Positions 29,406-38,565 of a stretch of DNA of 64,000 bases are shown in pieces; the first letter of the stretch is position 1; every line of letters starts with the position of its first letter. A program made the translations under genes and the position numbers. The stretch lies in assembly GCA_965207065.1 (NCBI GenBank), contig OZ242260.1, positions 384,001-448,000 of the forward strand, in the 5' to 3' direction. The DNA is from a bacterium (GTDB taxonomy: Bacteria > UBA8248). The notes below the pieces were generated by a model. It ran no database searches. It was not told where the DNA came from and was given only the letters and a program-made list of their open reading frames with translations.

Positions 29406-30596
29406 ATGAGTATGCCTCTTGAGGGGATTCGCGTCCTCGATCTTTCCAGAATTCTGGCGGGACCGTTCTGCACCATGATGCTCGGCGACATGGGGGCCGA
29501 AGTCATCAAGGTCGAAAACCCCGTCGGCGGAGACGACACGCGCGGCTGGCCGCCTTTTTATGAGGGCGGCGAGAGCAGTTATTTCCAGTCCGTGAACCGC
29601 AACAAGAAAAGCCTCACGCTGAACCTGAAAGCCGAGGAAGGAAAATCGATTTTAAGGGGACTCGTCGAGGAATCGGACATCCTCATCCAGAATTTCCGGC
29701 CCGGCGCCATTGAGCGGCTCGGCTTCGACTGGGATACCTGCCACGCGCTCAACCCCCGGCTCATCTACGCCAGCGTCTCGGGCTACGGCCAGAGCGGCCC
29801 CTCCAAAGAGAGACCCGCCTACGACATCCTCCTGCAAGGCGAAGGGGGCCTCATGAGCATCACGGGCGCAGAAGGTGGCGGGGGCTTCAAGACGGGCATC
29901 GCCATCGCCGACCTCACCACCGCCATGTTCGCGACCCAGGGGATCCTGCTGGCCATCATCGCCCGCGAGAGGACGGGGAAGGGCCAGTACGTCGACACGG
30001 CGATCCAGGACGGACAAGCCGCGCTCATGAGCCACGCCGCGGGGAACTTCTTCGCAACGGGAACGCCTCCCGGACGGTTGGGGAACCGCCACCCGAGCAT
30101 CGCGCCGTACCGTGATTTTCCCTGCTCGGACGGGGAACTCATCGTCGCGGCGGCCAACGACTCCTTGTGGCAGCGGTTCGCCCGCGCCATCGGCAGGGCG
30201 GATCTGGCGGACGATCCAAAATGGGATACGAACGCGGCGCGCGTATCGGGGCGCGATGAACTGGAAGCGGAGATCGAGGAGACCATGCGGGTCAGGACCC
30301 GCGCGGAGTGGGCCGAAATCGTATCGGACGCCGGGGTGCCCTGCGGGCCGGTGCGGACGATCGAGGAGTTGTGCGCGGACCCGCAGATACATCACCGCGA
30401 GATGGTCGTCGAGATGGAACACGCGAGGACCGGCGTCCTGAAGGTGATGGGGAACCCCATGAAGCTCTCGGATACCCCCGGTGAAATCCGCATGCCACCT
30501 CCCCTGCTGGGAGAGCACACGGATGAAATTCTCACCAGCCTGCTCGGCAAGTCGGGTGAGGAAATCACCGCGCTGAAAGAAAAGGGCGTCGCCTAG
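29406..30596 (+). CDS. Family III CoA-transferase (CaiB/BaiF)
   Basis: PLEGIRVLDLSRILAGP, NRNKKS, NFRPG and PPLLGEHT. Confidence 0.93.
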   Translation: MSMPLEGIRVLDLSRILAGPFCTMMLGDMGAEVIKVENPVGGDDTRGWPPFYEGGESSYFQSVNRNKKSLTLNLKAEEGKSILRGLVEESDILIQNFRPGAIERLGFDWDTCHALNPRLIYASVSGYGQSGPSKERPAYDILLQGEGGLMSITGAEGGGGFKTGIAIADLTTAMFATQGILLAIIARERTGKGQYVDTAIQDGQAALMSHAAGNFFATGTPPGRLGNRHPSIAPYRDFPCSDGELIVAAANDSLWQRFARAIGRADLADDPKWDTNAARVSGRDELEAEIEETMRVRTRAEWAEIVSDAGVPCGPVRTIEELCADPQIHHREMVVEMEHARTGVLKVMGNPMKLSDTPGEIRMPPPLLGEHTDEILTSLLGKSGEEITALKEKGVA

Positions 30597-30690
30597 CGCG
30601 TATGGGGAGCCAAGCCTTGTCAGACGCGGCCCTCGCCGATAGGATGCGGGAGAAATCGCGGACTTTACTCGACAGAAACGGAGAAACGCC

Positions 30691-31692
30691 CTGAGAACGG
30701 TCACGTATTCATTCAACTTCACCTTGCCCATCACGAACTGGTGCGTGAACCACTGCGGCTATTGCAGCTTCCGCAGCAGCGTTCCCCTCCTGCTCTCGAT
30801 GGAGGAGTGCGAACGGCTTGCGAGACAGGCCTACGCTCAGGGTGTGGTAGAGGCGCTCGTCATGACGGGCGAAGGTATCGACAGGCACAAGGGCCTCAAG
30901 AATCAGTTGAAAGAGTGGGGGTATGACTCCTACGCCGCCTACACGGCTGCGGTGTGCAAAATGTGCCTCGACGTCGGCCTGCTGCCCCACGCCAACATCG
31001 GCACGCTGGAGGAGTGGGAATACGAGATTCTAAAGCCCTACAACGTCTCGATGGGCATGATGATGGAGTCCGTGAGCCCCGAGGCCACGCGGGTCGCCCA
31101 CCGGACGGCGCCGACGAAAACGCCTGAGGTCCGGCTCGCCTCCCTGGAGGCGGCGGGCAAGCTCGGGGTCGCGTTCACGACGGGAATCCTCATCGGCATC
31201 GGGGAATCGCCCGCCGAGCGCGTGGAGACGCTCGAAGCCATCGCCGAGGTGCACAGTCGCTACGGACACATTCAGGAGATTATTCTGCAGCCATTGAATC
31301 CCCAGCCCCTGACGCCCATGGCCAGGTGGACCCGGCCGCCGGATGAAGATATTGCGGCGCTGATTCCAGAGGTGCAAAGGCTCATGCCGGGCGTGCACAT
31401 CCAGGTTCCGCCGAATCTGGTGGACGATCTGCTCGGCCTCATCATGGCGGGGGCGGACGACATCGGCGGCATCGCGCCGGAGCCGGATCACATCAACCCG
31501 AACCGCGGCTGGCCCAAACTGGGGAATCTCGACCAGTCCCTGCATCAGGAAGACATCGCCCTGCGCCTGCGGATGCCGGTGTATGACGAATTCATCGAGG
31601 CGGGCTGGTGTCCGCCCGAAACCATGCCCGCGCTCCGCCGGATGCTGGAGAGGCGCGAAGCGCAGGAAGCCCTGCCCCTGGAGATCGCATGA
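30691..31692 (+). CDS. cofG: FO synthase subunit CofG (radical SAM)
   Basis: VTYS..LPITNWCVNHCGYC radical SAM motif, LLPHANIG, FTTGILIGIGE, YGHIQEII and IQVPPNL; probable CTG start. Confidence 0.9.
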   Translation: MRTVTYSFNFTLPITNWCVNHCGYCSFRSSVPLLLSMEECERLARQAYAQGVVEALVMTGEGIDRHKGLKNQLKEWGYDSYAAYTAAVCKMCLDVGLLPHANIGTLEEWEYEILKPYNVSMGMMMESVSPEATRVAHRTAPTKTPEVRLASLEAAGKLGVAFTTGILIGIGESPAERVETLEAIAEVHSRYGHIQEIILQPLNPQPLTPMARWTRPPDEDIAALIPEVQRLMPGVHIQVPPNLVDDLLGLIMAGADDIGGIAPEPDHINPNRGWPKLGNLDQSLHQEDIALRLRMPVYDEFIEAGWCPPETMPALRRMLERREAQEALPLEIA

Positions 31693-32942
31693 ACGCCCTT
31701 TTCGCCCATGAAATTCTAGACGCCTTCGAGGCGGGAGATGAAATCTCGCGCGAGGGCGCAACCGCCCTGCTCGCCGAGAGTGATGAGGAACTCACCGAGC
31801 GCCTCTATGAGACAGCGGACGCGGAGAGGAAGAAAACCGTCGGCGACGAGGTGAGCTACGTCATCAACGCGAACGTGAATTTCACGAACGTGTGCTACAC
31901 GGATTGCAAATACTGCGGCTTCTGGCGGCGCCCGAACGCACCGGACGCCTATACGCACGACGACGACGTGCTGCGCGAGAAATTCGAGCGCGCCAGGGAT
32001 TTCGGCGTGCGTGAAATCTGCATGCAGGGGGGGCTGAACCCCCAGATATCGATCGACCGCTACGAGGAAGTGCTCAGGCTCGCGCGGGAAGTCATCCCCG
32101 GCGTCCACATGCACGCCTATTCACCCGCGGAAGTCGACCACATCCAGCGAAAAACCAGGCTTCCGCTCGAAGTGGTGCTCACCAGGCTCAAAGAAGCGGG
32201 GCTCGGCTCCGTCCCCGGGACGGCGGCAGAGATACTCGTGGAGAGGGTGAAGAAGCTCATCAGCCCGGGAAGAATCCCCGTCGAGAGATGGTGCGAGATC
32301 ATCCGGACCGCTCACGCCGTGGGCATCCCGACGACGTCCACCGTCATGTACGGCCACATCGAGAGCAGCGCCGATCTGGCCGAGCACATGGATATTCTCC
32401 GGAAGATGCAAAAAGACTCGCTCAAGACGGACAGTGAGGGCCGGTTCACGGAGTTCGTTCCCCTGCCCTTCATCCCCTACGACAACAAGATGGGCGAGGA
32501 GTTCGGCATCGAGAAAATGGCGGACCTGGAAACCATCTTCAGACTTCACGCCGTGGCCCGGCTCTTCTTCCGGGGGATGATCGCCAACATTCAGGTGGCA
32601 TGGCCCAAGATCGGAATCGACGCCGCGAAGAAGGCGCTCTCCCTCGGGGTGAACGACCTGGGCGGAACGCTGATCGAGGAGAACATCTCCCGCGAATCGG
32701 GTTCCGAATACGGACAAAGCCTGAGCCCCAAACAATTCAACGACGCCATCCTGGGAGCGGGACGCATTCCCGTCCAGCGCACCACTACCTACGACATCAT
32801 CAGAGAAGACGATCCGAGATACCGACCTCCACGTGCGGATGACGAAGCGCTGCTCGGCGCCGGCTTCTCGGGCGGGCAAAAGACGGGCGACTTCATCCCG
32901 GATACCCACCTGGGCGTCTCGAATCCCGAACTCCCCCGCTAA
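31689..32942 (+). CDS. cofH: FO synthase subunit CofH (radical SAM)
   Basis: NVNFTNVCYTDCKYC, EICMQGG, PGTAAEIL and NDLGGTLIEENISR. Confidence 0.9.
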   Translation: MNALFAHEILDAFEAGDEISREGATALLAESDEELTERLYETADAERKKTVGDEVSYVINANVNFTNVCYTDCKYCGFWRRPNAPDAYTHDDDVLREKFERARDFGVREICMQGGLNPQISIDRYEEVLRLAREVIPGVHMHAYSPAEVDHIQRKTRLPLEVVLTRLKEAGLGSVPGTAAEILVERVKKLISPGRIPVERWCEIIRTAHAVGIPTTSTVMYGHIESSADLAEHMDILRKMQKDSLKTDSEGRFTEFVPLPFIPYDNKMGEEFGIEKMADLETIFRLHAVARLFFRGMIANIQVAWPKIGIDAAKKALSLGVNDLGGTLIEENISRESGSEYGQSLSPKQFNDAILGAGRIPVQRTTTYDIIREDDPRYRPPRADDEALLGAGFSGGQKTGDFIPDTHLGVSNPELPR

Positions 32943-32961
32943 CAGGCCGGAGAAAGAATCC

Positions 32962-34404
32962 TTGAACGAACTTCACCATCATTCCTTCAAAGACATGATG
33001 AACGACGTGGTAGACGCGGGCAGTTGCTGCGAGTGCGGAAGCTGCGTCCTCGTCTGCCCGCACAACGTCATCGAATACATCAATTCCAAGCCCAAGCAGA
33101 CGGCCAAGGCAAAAGCCGATTTCGATTACTGCGGCATCAGCGAAGGGGTGGGCTGCGACGTGTGCGCGTCGGTATGCCCGAGGCTCTGGCCAAGAGAGAA
33201 CCACCTGAAAGACGCCACATTCCAGGAAACGAGGAGCGAGACGTACGAGGGCATCTTCGGCGCCTATCAGCACATCTTCATGGCGAGAACCAAGCGCGAC
33301 GACGTGATGGCGCGCGCTCAGGACGGCGGCATCGTCACCGCGCTTTTGGCATGGGCGCTCGAGGCGGGCGTGATCGACGGGGCGGTGGTCTCCGCCGTCG
33401 GGGAGGACGACCCGCCCTGCGACCCGAGCCCCAAGGTCGCCACGACGTACGAGGAGATTCGAGCGAGCGCGGGCAGCTGGTACACCTATTGTCCGAACAA
33501 CCTCGCACTTGAGGAAGTGAAAGAAAGAGACCTGAAAAAGGTCGGCTTCGTGGGCGTCCCCTGTCAGGTCACGCCAATTCGCAAGATGGAGCTCATCGAC
33601 CCCGCCTTTCTGGTCTCGCACAAGAAAAGACCCCAGCACATCGAGAAGCAGCGCGGCTTTCTGAGAGGATTTTCGGAGCGCGTGGCGTTCCAAATCGGGC
33701 TTTTCTGCACCGAGGTCTTCACCTTCGACCTGATGACGGAGAAAATCGAAAAGGACCTCGGCATCCCCCTCACTGATGTGGCGAAGTTCAACGTGAAGGG
33801 CGAGGTGCTCGTGCACAAGAAAGACGGGGAACTCGTCACCTTCTCGCTCCAGGAGGCGATGGAGAACTACCAGCGCCCCGAGTGCCAGCACTGCGCGGAT
33901 TTCTCCGCCGAGCTGGCGGACATCGCCTGCGGCGGCGTGGGCACAAGGGGCTGGACCATCGTGGTACTGAGAACCGAGAAGGGCAAGGAGATCTGGAGCG
34001 AATTCGAAAAAGAGGGACTCGTGGAGATTCAGCCGATGCAGGAGAACCGGCGGGCCTGGAACATCCTGCACATTCTGGCGCGAAGGCAGCGCAACCGCGT
34101 GCCGACCTTAGGACCCAGGAGCGGCACGCCGGAAGGCCTCCCACAATACGACCCGTTCGATGGCGCCGGTTTCGCCGCTCAAAACATGGTCGACAGCCCC
34201 AAGACGCCCGAGGAACTGGAAGAATGCCTCGATACGGCCTACGGGGATGAGGCGCGCCCCGAAGGCGTGCGCGGTTTCCTCGCGGGCCAGCCGATTCCGG
34301 ACACCCCGGCAGACCCGCCCCCCGGGGAGAAGCGCAAACTTCCACCGCCCCCGAGCCCGGCCCAGGGCGGCGCGCCGCCGGGCTGGGAGCCACAAGAGTC
34401 ATAA
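32962..34404 (+). CDS. FrhB/FpoF-like F420-binding iron-sulfur flavoprotein
   Basis: Two N-terminal ferredoxin motifs, AQDGGIVTALL, VGVPCQ, IGLFC, CQHCADF and ADIACG. Confidence 0.85.
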   Translation: MNELHHHSFKDMMNDVVDAGSCCECGSCVLVCPHNVIEYINSKPKQTAKAKADFDYCGISEGVGCDVCASVCPRLWPRENHLKDATFQETRSETYEGIFGAYQHIFMARTKRDDVMARAQDGGIVTALLAWALEAGVIDGAVVSAVGEDDPPCDPSPKVATTYEEIRASAGSWYTYCPNNLALEEVKERDLKKVGFVGVPCQVTPIRKMELIDPAFLVSHKKRPQHIEKQRGFLRGFSERVAFQIGLFCTEVFTFDLMTEKIEKDLGIPLTDVAKFNVKGEVLVHKKDGELVTFSLQEAMENYQRPECQHCADFSAELADIACGGVGTRGWTIVVLRTEKGKEIWSEFEKEGLVEIQPMQENRRAWNILHILARRQRNRVPTLGPRSGTPEGLPQYDPFDGAGFAAQNMVDSPKTPEELEECLDTAYGDEARPEGVRGFLAGQPIPDTPADPPPGEKRKLPPPPSPAQGGAPPGWEPQES

Positions 34405-34405
34405 G

Positions 34406-35041
34406 TTGGACACTCCCTCCACCGAAGACAAAAAAACGGCGCTCTCCATTTCGCTGGATGAAGCCTTGCGCAAAAGGCGATCCATCCGGCATTTCACGGC
34501 CGAGCCCGTCCCGATGGAGATACTGAAAACAGCCATCTCCGCCGCGTGCCTCGCCCCCAGCCCGCACGGAACGGGCCCCTGGCGGTTTTGCATCCTCGAT
34601 TCCAAAGAGGCGAAAGAGACCTTAGCCGCCGAGATGGGCGAGGATTTTCTGCGCGACATGAAAGCGGAGGGCGTGCCCGAGGAAGAGCGGACGCGCAGGC
34701 ACCGGGGGAGCATCCGCCTGCTGACGGGCGCGCCGGTTCTCATCATGGCGTCCCTCTCCTTCGCGGACCTGGACGTTTACGAAGAACCCGAAAAACAGGC
34801 CAATGAGTGGATGATGGCCGAACACAGCCTGGGCGGCGCTCTTCAAAATTTGATGCTCGCCCTCGCAGTCCATGAGGTGGGCTCCGTGTGGCGCTGCGCT
34901 CCCCTGTTCTGTCCCGAAACGGCCAGAAAGGCCCTGGAGCTGCCCGCAGACTGGGTGCCCAGGGCCCTCATCGTCGCGGGCTACCCCTCACAGCAGCCCG
35001 CACCCAAAGAAACGCCCGAGCCGGTGTTGATAATCCGATGA
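34406..35041 (+). CDS. Nitroreductase family protein (FbiB C-terminal/FbiE-like)
   Basis: RRSIRHF, APSPHGTGPWRF, QNLMLAL and GSVWRCAPLFCPE; located inside the cof operon. Confidence 0.8.
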   Translation: MDTPSTEDKKTALSISLDEALRKRRSIRHFTAEPVPMEILKTAISAACLAPSPHGTGPWRFCILDSKEAKETLAAEMGEDFLRDMKAEGVPEEERTRRHRGSIRLLTGAPVLIMASLSFADLDVYEEPEKQANEWMMAEHSLGGALQNLMLALAVHEVGSVWRCAPLFCPETARKALELPADWVPRALIVAGYPSQQPAPKETPEPVLIIR

Positions 35042-35994
35042 GCTTTTCCGGCCCTGTCGTTGCGCTCGCAGGAGGGGTGGGAGGCGCCAAGCTCGCCGTC
35101 GGCCTGGCCCATGCACTGCCCGAGGGGGCGCTCACCGTCGTCGTAAACACCGCGGACGACCTGGTGCTTCACGGCCTGCACATCAGCCCGGACATCGACA
35201 CCGTGATGTACAACCTCGCGGGCATGTCGAACCCCGAGACGGGCTGGGGCATCGACGGCGACGGGACGAGCGCGCTCGACCTCCTGGGTCGCTACGGGGG
35301 GCCGACCTGGTTCCGGCTCGGCGACAAAGACCTGGCAACCCACATCCGCAGAACCCAGCGCCTGGCCGAGGGCGCTCGCTTAACAGAAGTGACGCGCGAA
35401 CTCGCCGCATCCCTGGGCATCAAGGCGAACATACTGCCGATGACGGATTCTTCCATCGCCACGCGCGTGAAGACGCCCGAGGGAGAGCTCGAGTTTCAGG
35501 ATTACTTCGTCGCCAGAGGAACGCGGCCGAGCGTATGCGGTGTGCGCTTCCAGGGGGCGGATGAGGCGCGCGCCACGCCCGAGGTCATGCACGCGTTCGA
35601 TGAAGCGCGCGCGATCGTTTTTTGTCCGTCGAACCCGATTGTGAGCATCGGCCCCATTCTCGCGATATCGGACATTCACGAGCGGCTGCGCAGTGCGTCC
35701 GCGCCGCGCGTGGGGGTGAGCCCCATCATCGGGGGCGCGGCCCTGAGAGGCCCCGCCGCCGAGATGCTGAAAAGCCTGGGGCATGAGGTGTCGGCTCTGG
35801 GCGTCGCCCGGATCCTCAAAGACGTGCTCGACGGGTTCGTCGTGGACACCGAAGATGAAGCCCTCGTTCCCGCCATCGAAGATATCGGGCTTAGTAGCAT
35901 CGCGCTGCCCAGCATCATGTCCGACGTTGAATCGAAGAAAAAACTGGCGCAGGGTGTTTTGGCGTTCGCCTCATCGGTGCAAAAGATGGCATAA
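35038..35994 (+). CDS. cofD: 2-phospho-L-lactate/PEP transferase CofD/FbiA
   Basis: LAGGVGGAKL, NTADD, PDIDTVMY, WFRLGDKD, FQDYFV and PSNPIVSIGPI. Confidence 0.95.
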   Translation: MSFSGPVVALAGGVGGAKLAVGLAHALPEGALTVVVNTADDLVLHGLHISPDIDTVMYNLAGMSNPETGWGIDGDGTSALDLLGRYGGPTWFRLGDKDLATHIRRTQRLAEGARLTEVTRELAASLGIKANILPMTDSSIATRVKTPEGELEFQDYFVARGTRPSVCGVRFQGADEARATPEVMHAFDEARAIVFCPSNPIVSIGPILAISDIHERLRSASAPRVGVSPIIGGAALRGPAAEMLKSLGHEVSALGVARILKDVLDGFVVDTEDEALVPAIEDIGLSSIALPSIMSDVESKKKLAQGVLAFASSVQKMA

Positions 35995-36031
35995 GAGGAT
36001 TCAGGTATACTCAAAAACACGTTTTCTCATT

Positions 36032-36703
36032 ATGACCCCGGGATGGATGATGAGTCTTTCTAGCCATTGCGTCGCCCTGATACCCGTTCGCGATTTCAGA
36101 ACCGGAAACTCGAGGCTCGCGCAGACCCTGGACGAGAACACGAGAAACCTCCTGGGCCGCTGGATGCTGGAACGCGTCCTGAAGGCCGTCGGCAATGCTG
36201 AGCGCATCGACGAAATCGCTGTGCTGAGCGATTCCGCGGAAGTCCTGACGCTCGCCGGTGAATACGGCGCAGTCGGTCTGCTCCAGGAATCAGGCGGCCT
36301 CAACAACGATCTGGAAATCGGACGCTCATGGGCAAGAGAGAGAAACGCTTGTTCTTTGTTGATCGTCCACGGAGATTTGCCGTTTCTGACGACTGAAGAA
36401 GTGAATGAACTTCTCCAAGGACTCGAACCATTAAAAAATCCCGGGCGCGACATACGCATCGCCCGCTCGAAGGACGGCGGAACGACCGCTCTTTTCACCC
36501 GGCCGATCGACGCAATTCCCTTCTTGTTCGGGGAGCAGAGTTTCGAGAAACACATCAACACCGCGCGGGAAAAAGGCTGTTCGGCGCAATCTTATGAATC
36601 TTTCGGCTTCGCGCACGACATCGACTCGCCAGAAGACCTCGAATTCCTGCTCTCCCACGAAAAAGAAACGCCGGAGTGGCTCGCTTCTGCTCCCATGAGA
36701 TGA
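36032..36703 (+). CDS. cofC: Guanylyltransferase CofC/FbiD
   Basis: LIPV..SRL, GLN, HGDLP, DGGT, FGEQSF..H and DIDSPEDL; start uncertain (36032 or 36047). Confidence 0.88.
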   Translation: MTPGWMMSLSSHCVALIPVRDFRTGNSRLAQTLDENTRNLLGRWMLERVLKAVGNAERIDEIAVLSDSAEVLTLAGEYGAVGLLQESGGLNNDLEIGRSWARERNACSLLIVHGDLPFLTTEEVNELLQGLEPLKNPGRDIRIARSKDGGTTALFTRPIDAIPFLFGEQSFEKHINTAREKGCSAQSYESFGFAHDIDSPEDLEFLLSHEKETPEWLASAPMR

Positions 36704-37461
36704 AAAACGTCGCAATCATCCCCGTAACCGGATTGCCTGAAATCAAGGCGGGCGACGCGCTCGCACCCCTGATCCTGGAGGCGATTGAGGCGGACGGCCT
36801 GAAAATCCGGGACCGGGACGTCCTCGTCCTCGCGCAGAAGATCGTCAGCAAGTCCGAAGGCAGGCTTTTGGACCTGAAAAGCATTAAGCCATCCAAGGAA
36901 GCGCTTGATATCGCGAACCGCGACGGGCGCGACCCGAGGCTGGTGGAGGCGGTGCTCGGAGAGTCGAAAGAGATCGTCGTCGCCTCGGAACGCGCGCTCA
37001 TCGTGGAGCACCGCACGGGCGCAGTATGCGCCCATGCAGGGATTGATCGCTCGAACGTCGGGGGGGATGAAGACCAGGTGCTGCTGTTGCCCCGCGACGC
37101 CGACCTCTCCGCCCGGAAACTCCATGAAGAGATCAAGAGCGCGACGAACGCCTTCGTTCCCGTCCTCATCGCCGACACCCAGGGGCGCGCATTCCGGCGC
37201 GGCGTCGTCGGCGTAGCGATAGGCTGCGCAGGCCTGGAGCCCCTGGTGGACTTAAGGGGTGAGAAAGACAGAACGGGCCGAATGCTCGAGATCACCATAC
37301 TCGCGCACGCGGATGAAATCGCGGCGGCGGCGAGCCTGGTGATGGGACAGGACAAGCAGGGCGTTCCCGCCGTCTTGATTCGCGGCCTCGAGTACCATGA
37401 GGGAGACCGTCCCGCGCAAACGCTCTACCGCACGAAAGAGGAAGACTTGTTTCGCCCATAA
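36700..37461 (+). CDS. cofE: F420-0:L-glutamate ligase
   Basis: GLPEIKAGD, KIVSKSEG, AGIDRSN, DTQGRAFRRG and ADEIAAAASLVMG. Confidence 0.95.
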   Translation: MKNVAIIPVTGLPEIKAGDALAPLILEAIEADGLKIRDRDVLVLAQKIVSKSEGRLLDLKSIKPSKEALDIANRDGRDPRLVEAVLGESKEIVVASERALIVEHRTGAVCAHAGIDRSNVGGDEDQVLLLPRDADLSARKLHEEIKSATNAFVPVLIADTQGRAFRRGVVGVAIGCAGLEPLVDLRGEKDRTGRMLEITILAHADEIAAAASLVMGQDKQGVPAVLIRGLEYHEGDRPAQTLYRTKEEDLFRP

Positions 37462-37491
37462 AGCCACAACTCTCAATATGAGGATGCGCTC

Positions 37492-37824
37492 ATGGCTATA
37501 CTTCATTGGAACGACGTCGAGGAAAGACAACTGAACGACATCATCCGGGGCAGGATCGTCAAAACCGACAACGTGATGGCGTGCCGGATCACGGCGAAGA
37601 CCGGAAACCCCATCAAAACCCATACCCACGAGTTCGACCAGATAACACACATGATCCGGGGAAAACTGAAGTTCCACTCGGGAGACGGGGATTACCAGGT
37701 CGTTCAGCCGGGAGACGTCATGATCTTTCCGGCGGGAACCCCGCACGGAGGGGAAGTCCTCGAAGATGCGGAATATATCGACATGTTCTCGCCGCCGAAT
37801 CCTGATTTTCAGTGGGACAAATAA
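37492..37824 (+). CDS. Cupin domain protein
   Basis: HTHEFDQ..G and PGD..FPAGTPHG cupin motifs. Confidence 0.85.
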   Translation: MAILHWNDVEERQLNDIIRGRIVKTDNVMACRITAKTGNPIKTHTHEFDQITHMIRGKLKFHSGDGDYQVVQPGDVMIFPAGTPHGGEVLEDAEYIDMFSPPNPDFQWDK

Positions 37825-37878
37825 TACCCGGAATGCAATCGCTCTCTTACCGGGAAAACATCAGGCGCAAAACAAGAT

Positions 37879-37912
37879 GAACCGGCCCTCCCCGAATCGG
37901 GAGAGCCGGTTC
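37879..37912. terminator. Hairpin between convergent cupin and phage-like operons
   Basis: GAACCGGCCCTCCC-GAATC-GGGAGAGCCGGTTC. Confidence 0.6.
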
Positions 37913-37913
37913 T

Positions 37914-38120
37914 CTAGCTCTTGAATCGTCTGAGATTCGTGCTTTTCCCCGTCTCCCGCCGGTTCATCCGCTCCAGCGCAAGGCCGGCTTCGAGCACCTC
38001 CTGATTGAAGCGAAACTCCTCCCAGGAGCATCGGGCCAGCAGGTGCGGGGGAAGGCCATAGGTCTTCGCCTGGAAATGAATGACCGCCAGCAGCTCTTTT
38101 CTACGCCGCCGGAAACGCAT
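37914..38120 (-). CDS. Putative tail assembly chaperone C-terminal (GT-type) extension
   Basis: Short ORF overlapping the chaperone 3' end in another frame; position after tail tube and chaperone. Confidence 0.5.
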   Translation of the reverse strand: MRFRRRRKELLAVIHFQAKTYGLPPHLLARCSWEEFRFNQEVLEAGLALERMNRRETGKSTNLRRFKS

Positions 38121-38493
38121 CGCCTCCCGGCGCGTCCTCCCCGGGAGCAGGGGCCGCCGCCTCGTTCTGAAGCGCCGTGACCGCCGTGAAGATAGCGTCG
38201 GCATCCGCCGGGGCGAGTTCATGGATGCTCAGTTCATCGGGCAGGCAACGCCCCGGTTCTTTTTCCGTCATCGAGCCGCGCCCGGGAACGAAGCAGCGCC
38301 TCAGGATGCAATGCACCCACTCCCCGGTAAGCGCGTATCGCTCCTCCTCGCCCGCAGCGCCGTTAGCGGCCCCTGCGAACAGCTTGGGATACGCCGCCAT
38401 GTCCAGGAGATTCGGTGCGCGTACAAAGCCCTTGAGCCCCGAGGGCAGGGTGATGGGCTTGCGTCCATGGTTCCTGTATTCTGATATTTCCAC
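38101..38493 (-). CDS. Putative tail assembly chaperone
   Basis: Directly after the tail tube gene; size and ITLPSG..VRAP pattern; GTG start with GGAGGA RBS. Confidence 0.6.
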   Translation of the reverse strand: MEISEYRNHGRKPITLPSGLKGFVRAPNLLDMAAYPKLFAGAANGAAGEEERYALTGEWVHCILRRCFVPGRGSMTEKEPGRCLPDELSIHELAPADADAIFTAVTALQNEAAAPAPGEDAPGGDAFPAA

Positions 38494-38565
38494 GATTCCT
38501 CCCGTTCGTTTTTTCTGAATCAATAGCTTAACCAAATGAAAAAGAAGCCGCTTGTCGAATAACGA

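Noticed and set aside
30643-30662. Third copy of the phage-module promoter box (ATGCGGGAGAAATCGCG)
   Set aside because: Needs gaps to align, has the wrong orientation for cofG and lacks the spaced -10 element
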